From the NCBI GenBank assembly GCA_964016885.1, contig CAXHJY010001715.1:12713-76712 (forward strand): a stretch of 64,000 bases of DNA, in the 5' to 3' direction. Made by a program: the position numbers and the translations under genes. The stretch is from Eledone cirrhosa (Eukaryota). The notes below the pieces were generated by a model. It ran no database searches. It saw only the letters and a program-made list of their open reading frames with translations, and was not told the origin of the DNA. This document shows positions 52,681 to 64,000 of this stretch, piece after piece (within the stretch, counting starts at the first letter, position 1; each line of letters begins with the position of its first letter).

Positions 52681-55255
52681 CGCATGGTAAATATCCAAGT
52701 TAATACTACATCAGTAAAATTAACAATAATAACGTCATGAAAAAAGCTACTAAGAGAAACCCTCGAAAATTTATCGCTAATACAGCAGGGAAAATTTAAC
52801 GCTAATACAGCAGGGAACATCATAATATTAACGACATGAAAAAGCTACTAAGAGAAACCCTCGAAAATTTATCGCTAATACAGCAGGGAAAATTTAACGC
52901 TAATACAGCAGGGAACATCATAATATTAACGACATGAAAAAGCTACTAAGAGAAACCCTCGAAAATTTATCGCTAATACAGCAGGGAAAATTTAACGCTA
53001 ATACAGCAGGGAACATCATAATATTAACGACAATATGTAGGCTAAAATACCTTCGTAGATTAGGTGGATGGCTGGCTGGGAAAATTTGAATCAACTCTAG
53101 TGGTGCATTTTAGCAGAGAAGAATGGCAAAGTGTCTTATCTCTTCAATATTTTCAGATTGAATGAATTAGGTTAAAGACAGGGTAGTAAGCCTTAAAGAA
53201 GTGCATAGAGAGGGGGGGGGTAGGAACTGAGGGTCGCATGGTAAATAACTGAGAGAGATACAATAGGATTAGAATACCGCATGGTAAATATCCAAGTTAA
53301 TAAGTTAATACTACATCAGTAAAATTAACAATAATAACGTCATGAAAAAAGCTACTAAGAGAAACCCTCGAAAATTTATCGCTAATACAGCAGGGAAAAT
53401 TTAACGCTAATACAGCAGGGAACATCATAATATTAACGACATGAAAAAGCTACTAAGAGAAACCCTCGAAAATTTATCGCTAATACAGCAGGGAAAATTT
53501 AACGCTAATACAGCAGGGAACATCATAATATTAACGACATGAAAAAGCTACTAAGAGAAACCCTCGAAAATTTATCGCTAATACAGCAGGGAAAATTTAA
53601 CGCTAATACAGCAGGGAACATCATAATATTAACGACAATATGTAGGCTAAAATACCTTCGTAGATTAGGTGGATGGCTGGCTGGGAAAATTTGAATCAAC
53701 TCTAGTGGTGCATTTTAGCAGAGAAGAATGGCAAAGTGTCTTATCTCTTCAATATTTTCAGATTGAATGAATTAGGTTAAAGACAGGGTAGTAAGCCTTA
53801 AAGAAGTGCATAGAGAGGGGGGGGGGGGTAGGAACTGAGGGTCGCATGGTAAATAACTGAGAGAGATACAATAGGATTAGAATACCGCATGGTAAATATC
53901 CAAGTTAATAAGTTAATACTACATCAGTAAAATTAACAATAATAACGTCATGAAAAAAGCTACTAAGAGAAACCCTCGAAAATTTATCGCTAATACAGCA
54001 GGGAAAATTTAACGCTAATACAGCAGGGAACATCATAATATTAACGACATGAAAAAGCTACTAAGAGAAACCCTCGAAAATTTATCGCTAATACAGCAGG
54101 GAAAATTTAACGCTAATACAGCAGGGAACATCATAATATTAACGACATGAAAAAGCTACTAAGAGAAACCCTCGAAAATTTATCGCTAATACAGCAGGGA
54201 AAATTTAACGCTAATACAGCAGGGAACATCATAATATTAACGACAATATGTAGGCTAAAATACCTTCGTAGATTAGGTGGATGGCTGGCTGGGAAAATTT
54301 GAATCAACTCTAGTGGTGCATTTTAGCAGAGAAGAATGGCAAAGTGTCTTATCTCTTCAATATTTTCAGATTGAATGAATTAGGTTAAAGACAGGGTAGT
54401 AAGCCTTAAAGAAGTGCATAGAGAGGGGGGGGGGGTAGGAACTGAGGGTCGCATGGTAAATAACTGAGAGAGATACAATAGGATTAGAATACCGCATGGT
54501 AAATATCCAAGTTAATAAGTTAATACTACATCAGTAAAATTAACAATAATAACGTCATGAAAAAAGCTACTAAGAGAAACCCTCGAAAATTTATCGCTAA
54601 TACAGCAGGGAAAATTTAACGCTAATACAGCAGGGAACATCATAATATTAACGACATGAAAAAGCTACTAAGAGAAACCCTCGAAAATTTATCGCTAATA
54701 CAGCAGGGAAAATTTAACGCTAATACAGCAGGGAACATCATAATATTAACGACAATATGTAGGCTAAAATACCTTCGTAGATTAGGTGGATGGCTGGCTG
54801 GGAAAATTTGAATCAACTCTAGTGGTACATTTTAGCAGAGAAGAATGGCAAAGTGTCTTATCTCTTCAATATTTTCAGATTGAATGAATTAGGTTAAAGA
54901 CAGGGTAGTAAGCCTTAAAGAAGTGCATAGAGAGGGGGGGGGGGGGTAGGAACTGAGGGTCGCATGGTAAATAACTGAGAGAGATACAATAGGATTAGAA
55001 TACCGCATGGTAAATATCCAAGTTAATAAGTTAATACTACATCAGTAAAATTAACAATAATAACGTCATGAAAAAAGCTACTAAGAGAAACCCTCGAAAA
55101 TTTATCGCTAATACAGCAGGGAAAATTTAACGCTAATACAGCAGGGAACATCATAATATTAACGACATGAAAAAGCTACTAAGAGAAACCCTCGAAAATT
55201 TATCGCTAATACAGCAGGGAAAATTTAACGCTAATACAGCAGGGAACATCATAAT
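52666..55255. repeat. Higher-order tandem array: ~608-bp monomers containing 2-3 x 98-bp subunits, each with a duplicated 18-mer
   Basis: TAGGAACTGAGGGTCGC at 53221, 53829, 54436 and 54947; subunit starts at 52835 and 52933; CGCTAATACAGCAGGGAA twice per subunit. Confidence 0.95.
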
Positions 55256-55338
55256 ATATATGTATATATATATATGTATATATATGTATATATATATATA
55301 TATGTATATATATGTATATGTATATATATATATGTACA

Positions 55339-55397
<59 letters not shown>

Positions 55398-55460
55398 GTA
55401 TATATATGTATATATATATATATGTATATATATGTATATATATATATATGTATATATATG

Positions 55461-55491
<31 letters not shown>

Positions 55492-55884
55492 GTATATATA
55501 TATATATATGTATATATATGTATATATATATATATGTATATATATATATGTATATATATGTATATATATATATGTATATATATATAAACGGAAAAAATGA
55601 AACGAAATTTCACCCCCCACTCTCAGCACAGCCGTCACTTAAACACAAGTATGCACACGCACATACATATATGCACTCAGACGTACAGTAGTATGTATAT
55701 ATATATACATACACGCACACACATACACACATGTACGTGGATTCACCGAACATTTATTATAATGCTCAGTGTGTTTGTAAACAAACATCCCGCATTAAGC
55801 GGCAGTGTCCAGCAACCATCGCTGTTCATTTGTTCAACACTGACAAAGGAACGCTGCACCAGTTCCAAGCTTATTAGCTATCGT

Positions 55885-56107
55885 CAGCAACGTATACCTT
55901 CCTGCCTGACTGCTGAACGTATATACTTACCCTATGCATATCAACGGCTGAGTAGCCCAATCTGCACATCGAGTGGGTTAATCGGCCGGGTGCACCGAAA
56001 ACGATAAACGATTAACCCACTCAATGTGCGGATTGGGCTACTCAGCCGTTGATATGCATAGGGTAAGTATATACGTTCAGCAGTCTGGCAGGAAGGTATA
56101 CATTGCT
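55885..56107. repeat. ~100-bp-arm inverted repeat (possible Penelope-like remnant)
   Basis: Arms at ~55885-55984 and ~56008-56107. Confidence 0.7.
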
Positions 56108-56114
56108 ATTGGAG

Positions 56115-56565
56115 TCGATTAGAAAAGCTCAAACTTTATTCTCTCCAATGCTGCCGTGAGCGCTACATTATCTGCATGATGTGGAAAATATTCCATCAGC
56201 TTTTCCCAAATGATGTTGGCATCACCTTTAATGTACACCCAAGGCTTGGGCCCCGTGCTATCTGCCCACGACAAAAATCTCACTCGCATCTCATAACAAC
56301 AATAAGGCACAATTATTTCACCTCAATTGGCACTGCTCTCTTTAACATTACACCAAAACACATCAAAGCAGAGACAGACCCCATCAAGTTCAAGAAGTCT
56401 TTGGATAAATTCCTTCAAGAAATCCAGGATAAGCCTCCTACACCTGGATATGCCTCCGTAAACAATAACTCTCTGCTCGATTTGTAAGAATTCGCCAGGT
56501 GGTGCTATTAAGTTAGACATGGCCTGGGCCAATACTAGCCGAAACCTATCAAAGTTATAAGTTAT
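56115..56565 (+). mobile_element. CR1/L2-group LINE 3' fragment
   Basis: RERYIICMMWKI..LFN..P..FKKSLDKFL..I.D.P..GY..NSL* C-terminus followed by a short UTR and AAGTTAT tail. Confidence 0.7.
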
Positions 56566-56801
56566 ATATATATGTATATATAGGTATATATATATGTATA
56601 TCTATATCTATATATATATGGGTATATATTTATGTATATATATGTTTATATATATATATGTATATATATATTGTATATGTATATATATATATATGTATAT
56701 ATATATATGTATATATATTTATGTATATATATATATATGTGTATATATATATATATGTATATATATATATGTATATATATATATATGTATATATATATAT
56801 G

Positions 56802-56834
<33 letters not shown>

Positions 56835-56915
56835 GCATATATACATTATGAAGAGAGAAGAAACATTTAGATATAATTAGTAATAAAATGTATCATACCT
56901 AAACTGTTCCTAAAT

Positions 56916-57003
56916 TCCTCGACTACGTAGTTTCGTGGCATAAACAAAAACAATATATCAAAGATATAGAGTCCTTGCGAGGTCTGCCGACTTATCAAGA
57001 GGA
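56916..57003 (-). ncRNA. Type I hammerhead ribozyme, U3-A8 variant, GUC site (copy 1)
   Basis: TCCTC-TTGATAA-GTcGGCA..TGCCAC-GAAAC-TACGTA-GTC-GAGGA. Confidence 0.7.
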
Positions 57004-57506
57004 TACCTCATTTTACTAGTCTCAAGAACGCGTCTACACGACGTGAGAAAGAATCCCAAAAGGCGGAGGGGGAGACAGTCACGCGATATAACGGTCGAGA
57101 AACAGAGCTAAGCCTCTTATAACCACGAAGAAAATACCACGGAGGCGGAGGGGGTATTCATATCGAGGCCGTAGAAGAGGTAGTGAAGAAGGCGAGAAGT
57201 ATGAGTAATGGAAGCTTTCCAGTTGTCCCCACACTTCAAAGATTGCTCGACCAGAGGGAGTTATTAATATATTTAGAAACACACAGATACATGCGGGGAC
57301 ACACATATATACATGAATGCATCCGCACCCAACTGTGAGTTAAGGGTGCCAACTTCACCGATGTTGCTCAATGAATGACTGGGACAGACCAATTCAGTTT
57401 GAACCAGACTGAACCAGTATCAGAGTTAAAAATACATTATGAAGAGAGAAGAAACATTTAGATATAATTAGTAATAAAATGTATCATACCTAAACTGTTC
57501 CTAAAT

Positions 57507-57594
57507 TCCTCGACTACGTAGTTTCGTGGCATAAACAAAAACAATATATCAAAGATATAGAGTCCTTGCGAGGTCTGCCGACTTATCAAGAGGA
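57507..57594 (-). ncRNA. Type I hammerhead ribozyme, U3-A8 variant (copy 2)
   Basis: Same sequence as 56916-57003. Confidence 0.7.
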
Positions 57595-57810
57595 TACCTC
57601 ATTTTACTAGTCTCAAGAACGCGTCTACACGACGTGAGAAAGAATCCCAAAAGGCGGAGGGGGAGACAGTCACGCGATATAACGGTCGAGAAACAGAGCT
57701 AAGCCTCTTAACTCACAGTTGGGTGCGGATGCATTCATGTATATATGTGTGTCCCCGCATGTATCTGTGTGTTTCTAAATATATATGCATATATATGTAT
57801 ATATATATAC

Positions 57811-57859
<49 letters not shown>

Positions 57860-58104
57860 ATAAATATATATACATATATATATACCCATATATATAGATA
57901 TAGATATAGATATACATATATATAACTTATAACTTTGATGGGTTTCGGCCAGTATTGGCCAGGCCATGGGTAACTTAATAGCACCACCTGGCGAATTCTT
58001 ACAAATATCTCTTTGCTTATATATATTTGAACATTTGCTATATGTATGTATGTATATATATATATATATATATACATACGCACACACCCATGGTCTGTCT
58101 CTAC

Positions 58105-58153
<49 letters not shown>

Positions 58154-58348
58154 ATTATTTCGAGCCACTTTTTTCCATATAAAACAGAAGTAACATTCAA
58201 AGACCAACCAGATGTGAGTAAAACCATAGACCCTCCATCTCAATTCTACTTTTGAAAAGCAGAAGAACTGTGAAACTGGTAAAGGAACCAAATAAATATA
58301 TATTTAAACAAAAAAGACTCCAGTTGCATTTTCGATTTCATCTTTTTT

Positions 58349-58413
<65 letters not shown>

Positions 58414-58454
58414 TACAGACACATCCATGGTCTGTGTTTACGTTTATATATATA

Positions 58455-58494
<40 letters not shown>

Positions 58495-58877
58495 TATATA
58501 TATAGATAAATCTACCAAAAATTTACGGTAGTGTCCAATCCGTATGAAGAACTCAATGTAATCCGGATATCATGAAAAGAGAAGATGCATTCAAAAACTA
58601 TTTTCGGTGAAAATTAACGGAAAACAGAGTCAAGAGTGAAGACAGAGTCAGAGTGAAGACAGCATATATATGTGTAGGTATGTATATTCCCTCTGATAGT
58701 TTGTATAAATATTTTACATAGATCTATAGAATATGCATACCAACACTAACACATATATATCCTAGAAACGATCGTAAAATGCTGAATTTTTTTAATATAA
58801 GGAACTGTTTCTTTGTTTATTCATTATTTTATTAATTTATCTTGACTCTGTTTTCCGTTAATTTTCACCGAAAATAG

Positions 58878-58919
<42 letters not shown>

Positions 58920-58930
58920 GAATGTGTGTT

Positions 58931-58988
<58 letters not shown>

Positions 58989-59341
58989 TATATATATACA
59001 CACACACACATATATATATATATACACACACATGCATGCCTCTGTGTGTATAAACATATGTGCATATAAACATTTGCAGCTGCCTTTCTTCATCAATGTC
59101 TTGCTCAGATTCCATGGCTGTTTAATAAACTAGCTAACAACCATAAACTTAAAGCACCTCTGTCTTTGATATATACAGTTCATGATAAACTGGCCAACAG
59201 ATATACACTTTATACAGCTATGTCTTTAATATATACACTTCATGATAACAGAAAGGAATGTATATATACAAAACATCAAACAATAATTTACCTTGGAGCA
59301 TAACTTAACCGGCGAATCCTGATGGAAAAATATCCATGTGC

Positions 59342-59387
<46 letters not shown>

Positions 59388-59471
59388 GAACATGTATGTA
59401 TATATGTATGTATATGCGTATATGTTTGATGTATAGCCAATTTATAAAATAGCAAAGATATCTATCTATCT

Positions 59472-59534
<63 letters not shown>

Positions 59535-59537
<3 letters not shown>

Positions 59538-62500
59538 TCGTCCGCGGATGGCTAACATAACCCTATCTCCCCCCGCCCCCACCACCCCCACCCTCCAAAC
59601 GCAACCCAAAACTTCAGAGTTGGTACCATAAATGTAGGCACCCTAAAGGGTCGCGCTAACGAGGTTGTAGAAATGCTTGAACGTAAGGAGGTCGATGTTT
59701 GTTGTATTCAAGAGACCAGGTGGAGGGGTGGGTCTGCTAGATTCATTGAGGGTAAAAAAAACGATGTTATAAGCTTTTCTGGGTGGGAAACGACGATGGG
59801 CTGGGTGGAGTAGGAATCATGGTAGCAGAAAAGTGGGCAGATAAGATAATAGACGTAAATAGAGTGAACGACAGAATAATTAAAATACGACTTGTCCTCA
59901 ATAGAACTACGGTGACAGTAATATCTGCGTACGCACCCCAATCCGGACTGCCCGGCACTATAAAAGACAGATTCTATGAGACACTGTTGCTAACTACCTC
60001 CCAAATATCTGACAGTGACTATATAATTATTGCAGGCGACCTAAATGGTCACGTTGGACAACATTGTGACGGCTACGACGAAATCCATGGAGGCTATGGG
60101 TTTGGTACTAGAAATGAGGAAGGCTCCAGAATCCTGGAATTCTGTGATGCAAATAACCTAACTATCTGTAACACTAACTTCAAAAAACGTGACAATCACC
60201 TGATCACCTATAGATCCGGGGAACACACAAGCCAGGTAGATTATATCCTTACCAGAAGACGTGACAGAGTGTCTGTTGTAAACACTAAATCCCTCCCCCA
60301 TGAAGAATGCACCTCCCAACATAGACTGATAATTAGCGACCTCATAGTCAGGACGAGACGTACTCGACAGCAGAAGAGGACTATCCTCAGGAGGAAAATA
60401 TGGAAACTAAAGGACCCCCACAGCCAGAAATAAATTTCAAAGCATATTACTTGATGCTTTCGACAGTAAGGAAGAGCATCTAGAATCGGACAATATAGAG
60501 GGACAGTGGGAATTTCTGAAAGCAAACCTGCTGTTGGCGACAGACGAAGTCTGTGGCTGGAGCAGGCCTGTAGGCAGGAGGAGAGTAACATGGTGGTGGA
60601 ACAGTAGGGTGGAGGGGTCAATTAAGGCCAAAAAGCAGGCTTGGAAAGTATGGCGGGATGGGGGAAGTAGAGTAGACTATCAAGTGGCCAGGAGGGAAGC
60701 TAGGAGAGAAGTGTACTTAGCAAGAAGGGAAGCTGAGGAAAGAAAGTTCAAGCATGTTCTACAACGCGATGACCAAAAACGTGAGGTGTTCAGGATTGCT
60801 AGGCAATGCGTCAAGGAAAACCGTGACATTGTCGGGGAGAAGTGTGTACTTAACGATGAAGGCATACTTGCCATCACCGACACTGATAAGAAGGTAGCTT
60901 GGAAGTGTCACTATGAAAGGCTACTAAATGAGGAGAACAAATGGGAGAAAGACAGTCTCCCCCATATCGACCCAATAGAGGGACCAGCAGTGTTAGTCGA
61001 GGGGAGTATAATAAGTAAGGCAATCAAGGATATGAAGACGGGTAAGGCGGCTGGGCCTTCGGAAATAGTTGCTGAGATGCTGAAGGCATCTGGCACGGTG
61101 GGACACACCATGGTCACCCGCATAGTTAACCAAGTCGTACAGAATGGGGTTGTTCCGAAGGACTGGCATAGCAGCATCATCGTTAACTGTTATAAGGGTA
61201 AAGGAGACGCCCTAGATAGGAGTAACTATAGAGGCATTAAATTAATCGACCAGGTCATGAAGGTCACGGAAAAAGTAATAGCGCAACTAATCAGAGAGAG
61301 AATTGACCTAGATGAAATGCAGTTCGGGTTTGTGTCGGGCAAAAGCACCACAGACGCTCTTTTCATAGTACGACAACTACAGGAGAAGTACCTAGCTAAA
61401 GGTAAACCCCTCTACTTAGCTTTTGTCGACCTGGAGAAAGCCTTCGACAGAGTCCCTCGCTCCATTATCTGGTGGGCTCTTAGAAAACTAGGCGTTGACG
61501 AATGGCTTGTGAGGGCTATACAAGCCATGTATAAAGAAACAGTCAGCAAGGTTAGAATTAACAATGAATATAGTGAAGAGTTTAGCGTAAAAGTTGGCGT
61601 CCATCAGGGCTCTGTTCTCAGCCCCCCTACTATTTATTATTGCCCTTCAGGCTATAACAGAGGAGTTCAAGACAGGCTGCCCATGGGAACTCCTATACGC
61701 AGACGACCTGACACTCATAGCGGAATCAATGGCCGAGCTAGAGAAGAAATTCCAAACATGGAAGCACGGCCTAGAGTCAAAAGGACTTAAAATTAACCTG
61801 GCTAAGACCAAAGTTCTAGTTTGTAGGAAAGAAAACAAGGCGGCGGTCCCTTCTGGGAAATGGTCGTGCTCGGTGTGTAGGAAAGGCGTAGGTAGAAACT
61901 CCATTTTATGTCCTAAATGCAAAGTATGGGTGCATAAAAGATGTAGTGGGATCACAGGTAAGCTAACTAAGAACATAGATTTTACATGTGGCCGGTGTTC
62001 TGGTGCAATAAGTAGCAGCAAGTGCCCACAAAATACTAGCTCTTTCAATTGCGCAGAGGGTTCTATAGAAATAGTGGACAGCTTCCGTTACCTGGGCGAT
62101 AAAATCAGCAGTGGGGGAGGGTGCTCTGAAAGTACTGTAGCTAGAGTCAGAACTGGTTGGAAAAAGTTCAGAGAGCTTATACCACTATTAGCTGCTAAAG
62201 GGTTCTCCCTAAAAATGAAAGGCAGGTTGTACGATGCCTGCATACGAACAGCAATGTTGCATGGTAGTGAGACCTGGGCATTGTGTGCAGAGGATATACG
62301 CAGACTAGAGAGGAACGAAGCTTGCATGCTCCGCTGGATGTGTAACAGTAATATACGTGAACGGCAAAGCATAAACGAACTAAGGAAAAAATTAGAGATA
62401 AGAGGGATCAGATGTTGTTTACTCGAGAGAAGGCTGCGTTGGTATGGACACGTGATGCGCATGAAAGTCGATAGCTGTATAACAAAGTGCAGGGCAATGA

Positions 62501-63018
62501 AGATAGACGGTAGCCACGGAATAGGCAGACCTAGAAAAACCTGGGATGAGCTGATAAACTCCGACCTCACACACTTACACCTCTCCAAGACAATGTCACT
62601 GGACCGAGACCTTTGGCGGTACTCAGTAACAGAGAAGACCCGCCTTGCCAGTAGGCATCTCTAACAAAATACACCCGTCCCGCCACCACCCCCACCCCCC
62701 CATCCACACCACCCCGTTCTATGTAAAGTTATGTTGGTGCCGCGCCATCCAGGCCGAAACAAATGAGATCGTGTAGGTGTCACGACAAAAAAACACACAG
62801 TCCACGCTGTAATGTGGCCGTGTAGGCAACACGGTAAAAACCTCCCAGATCCACACTGTAAATGTGGTTGGTGTTAGGAAGGGCATCCAACTGTAGAAAA
62901 CCTGCCAGACAGTCCTATGCGAGCAAGAAAAACACTCTTGCCTCAAGTGGGACTACCCCCGTCCAAACCCATGCAAGCATGGAACACGGACGTTAAACGT
63001 TGATGATGATGATGATGA

Positions 63019-63020
<2 letters not shown>
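59535..63020 (+). mobile_element. RTE LINE family A, near full length
   Basis: APE from FRVGTINV through RT, PHD finger and thumb; frame breaks at ~59760, ~60425 and ~61625; (ATG)n tail; both flanks (TA)n. Confidence 0.96.
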
Positions 63021-63081
<61 letters not shown>

Positions 63082-63109
63082 TATAATGCTGAGTGTCATG
63101 TGTATGTAT

Positions 63110-63650
63110 TATGTATGTATCCTACACACCTCCCTATAGTTTCTTAACTCTACTCTCTCTGTCGCTCTTCTCTCTCTCTATAATAGATCATTCCCCCCCT
63201 CTATAATTTAACTGTTTTACTCTCTCTGTCGTTCTTCCCTCTCAAATATTATTAAGCTGAGCGTTGTGTCTCTCTCCCTCTTTCACGCTCTCTATAATTT
63301 AACTGCTTTACTCTCTTTCTCTCTTCACTCTGTATATGACAACACTCTTTTACTTTCTGTAGAGATGAGCGTTGTATGTAAATTCGGTCAACACGTATGT
63401 ATCCTACACACATCCCTATAGTTTCTTAGCTTTACTCTCTCCGTCGCTCTTCCCTCTCTCTATAATAGATCATTCCCTCTCTCTATAATTTAACTGCTTT
63501 ACTCTCTCTCTGTCGCTCTTCACTCTCTAATATTATAAAGCTGAGTGTCGTCTCTCTCTCTCTCTCCCTCTTTCATCCTCTCTATAATTTAGCTGCTTTA
63601 CTCTCTGTCTCTCTTCACTCTCTATATAACAACACTCTTTTACTTTCCGT
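63110..63650. repeat. ~285-bp CT-rich tandem duplication with internal subrepeats
   Basis: GTATGTATCCTACACAC..CCCTATAGTTTCTTA at ~63113 and ~63395. Confidence 0.75.
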
Positions 63651-63675
63651 ATCTACCTTCAATATATCAATATAT

Positions 63676-64000
63676 ACCCAGGTTCTGCTGCACATCAGAC
63701 TGAGGAGGCCAAACTCCTCAAATACCGGTTGCTCTCTGACAGGTTTACGGTCGTACCCCTGACAGTGGAAACTTCTGGTGTCCTCAGCCCCAGGGCTACC
63801 TCCTTACTCACCACCATAGGTGCTGAGCTGGCCAGCTGCAGGTGTGAGCCCCGCAAGTTGGAGTGGCTTTTCCAGCACGTCTCCTTTGCCATCCTCCGGG
63901 GAAACGCCTTCTCCATTCTGTCTGCCGGGGCTGTGGGTGGGCCCCATCTCGTAGCGTTGTAGTTGTTGTATACAGATATTAACTCACCAATCCCATTATT
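63676..64000 (+). mobile_element. CRE-clade (restriction-like endonuclease) non-LTR retrotransposon, 3' fragment
   Basis: PGSAAHQTEEAKLLKY..F..VPLTVETSG..LFQHVSFAILRGNA matches the CRE C-terminal pattern (K..KY, P...ET.G, QR.S.A.QRGNA). Confidence 0.75.

Larger units (their letters stand above)
56843..57709 (-). mobile_element. Penelope/retrozyme-like element: 277-bp direct repeats 591 bp apart, each with a hammerhead
   Basis: 56843-57119 is repeated at ~57433-57709. Confidence 0.65.

Noticed and set aside
52666-55255. CRISPR-like appearance of regularly spaced repeats
   Set aside because: Intervening sequences are identical rather than unique spacers; eukaryotic context; no cas genes.
59535-59562. 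Possible HDV-like ribozyme remnant (TTCGTCCGCGGATGGCTAAC) at the RTE-A 5' end
   Set aside because: Only a J4/2-like GGCTAAC is visible; P1-P3 cannot be built.

Overview
Repeat-saturated, AT-rich eukaryotic (animal) intergenic or intronic DNA. I find no convincing host exon, rRNA, tRNA gene or CRISPR array. The repeat repertoire suggests a coleoid cephalopod such as Octopus; that is inference, not a database result. The window is dominated by RTE-clade LINEs of at least three families (A, B, C), including two near-full-length copies at 49001-52680 and 59535-63020. All three families carry a C4HC3 PHD-type zinc finger inserted inside the reverse transcriptase. Also present: tRNA-derived SINEs, one of which switches between the 3' tails of two RTE families; mosaic non-autonomous Helitrons; a hAT MITE holding a nested stack of elements; an internally deleted mariner with ~100-bp TIRs; piggyBac-like MITEs; CR1/L2-like and CRE-clade 3' fragments; minisatellites; and a three-level tandem array abutting the 5' end of an RTE. 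Several Penelope-like or retrozyme-like inverted and direct repeats contain type I hammerhead ribozyme motifs, including a tandem pair with a U3-A8 core covariation. Most short ORFs in the track are microsatellite or antisense artefacts.
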